NCBI GenBank assembly: GCA_903813345.2
Contig: CAIIXF020000001.1
Span: 40,362,001-40,426,000, forward strand
Length of the DNA stretch: 64,000 nucleotides
Direction of reading: 5' to 3'
DNA from: Owenia fusiformis
Lineage: Eukaryota
In this document: piece after piece, positions 62,523-64,000 of the stretch
How the letters are laid out: the number at the start of each line of letters is the position of its first letter
Position numbering within the stretch: position 1 is the stretch's first letter
Position numbers and translations under genes: made by a program
The notes under the pieces: model-generated
Seen by the model: the letters and a program-made list of their open reading frames with translations, nothing else
The model's database searches: none
Told to the model about the DNA's origin: nothing

Positions 62523-64000
62523 CTAAAAAACAAAACAAAATGTTTGTAATTTTTCCTGCTCAATGTTCCATACTGTTGATTTAACTATTTTGACTTAAGT
62601 ATTTCAATGTATGTCACTTCACTGAGTTGTTCTCAGACATATTCCGTTTGTTTAACTCTAAGCAAATGTTAGTTTTGAAATGTAGGCAAAAAGTGAGAAT
62701 TATTTTGGGTAGTGTGTTAAAAGTAGTGAATATGACAAATAACCGAATGATTTATTCTGACAGGACCTATGTTGTAGAAACCTCCTTGTGTCTATTAGAG
62801 TTGAGAATTAACTCCTAGCCATGCACAACTCCACAAACTCCACTAAACCATTAGTTAGCACATTCATTACTGTCTTCGCTATTCCTTTGAAAAACCAAAA
62901 TTGCTGCCAAGGTTCATACCTTGAAATTACAAGTAATATTTCATTATCTTCTAATTTCCATGGGTTAATAATGAACTGACATTAAAATTGATCATTATTA
63001 GGTTTTCTGCAAAACAGGCAAACTTAATGGTCAGGAGACAATATACACGGTGACTTTTTTGCTCACACTAAACTAAGCATATTTATAGGAACAGATGCAT
63101 GTATTTGTAAAAAATGTATTTTACAAACCATATTTTAAAATTTCTTGAAAGTTGCCATTGTATTCAGTAAATTGATTGGTAGTCAAACAAAACGAAATAT
63201 GTTCTCTGTTTTTTTCTTATTTCGATTAAAATTAATTTATCTATTTTAAAGCTAGTATGAATAAAATTGAATGAATCTGAAATCAAGTATATCTGTGTAG
63301 CTATAAAATATTGATATAAAATGTCAGTTAATACAATGAATATTCATGAGATCTAAAAAAACTTAAACAATCAGAATCAGAAGAAAATATCAAAAATATT
63401 CTTAAGTTTGTTAAAACAACAGAGTTGATTTGCATGAGTTTAAAGTTTCCGGAGATGATGAATTTGGCTAAATGTAACCTAATGAACTTTTACATTAGGT
63501 CATGCCTTGTACATATTTAAAGCTACAAACTGTATATTCTACATGGGGTAGGTCAAAGATGACAGAGTTAAGTTTGTTGAGTGACGTTACTTCACAGAGA
63601 GCCACATGCGAGGTGTTGGCATTTACACCCTGCGTCAACATTCACCATTAAATGCATCATTCAGACCTCCAAAAATACCCCCTGCCATTTTCAATTATAC
63701 AAAATACACAGAAACAGTTACGTTATAATTCTTCTCAGCTTTCTAGCACTTCGAAATAATGGCCAAATCCCCCAAAAATATTTCGAGTTGAAAATCTGAG
63801 TTAAATCCGACGGAGATGGGAACTATCTGTCTAAATATTTTCACAAAAAATGAGTTACCATTTCTCAGAGTAAAAAACAAGATAATTATGGAAAATTAAA
63901 TTTCAAACGGAACTGACAACCTAATGATTTTTGCTGCTTTTGACACAACTAATTAAGACAAATTGAACTGAGGCATTTGGCCAATTACTATGACCACCAA

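Overview
Eukaryotic (invertebrate animal-like), AT-rich genomic DNA with spliceosomal introns, so the ORF track shows only exon fragments. Two minus-strand multi-exon genes can be rebuilt by hand from GT-AG junctions with consistent reading phase. (1) eyes absent (eya): 14 coding exons between 62522 and ~39589, with the 5' end not identified in the window and an intact HAD phosphatase Eya domain (WDLDET ... VTTT ... GK ... GDGRDE). Its last coding exon is present twice in tandem (39809-39729 and 39669-39589). Both copies are intact, have their own branch point and acceptor, and differ mostly at silent sites, which points to two alternative Eya C-termini. (2) A complete ~943-aa secreted protein (8 exons, 26237-19853, all introns phase 1): signal peptide - CUB - EGF - CUB - IgGFc-binding N-terminal domain - Pro/Thr linker - 11-Cys domain that I could not name. 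An inverted copy of its exon-6 splice acceptor lies in the next intron and pairs fully (with G-U) only on the transcript strand. The rest is rich in transposon debris: TIR/fold-back non-autonomous DNA elements (TA, TTAA and TTA target duplications), a decayed Tc1/mariner transposase, one intact and one decayed LINE 3' fragment, two tRNA-derived SINEs, a 38-bp satellite in two arrays and a perfect 59-bp-arm palindrome. All family assignments come from motif recognition by eye; no database searches were run.
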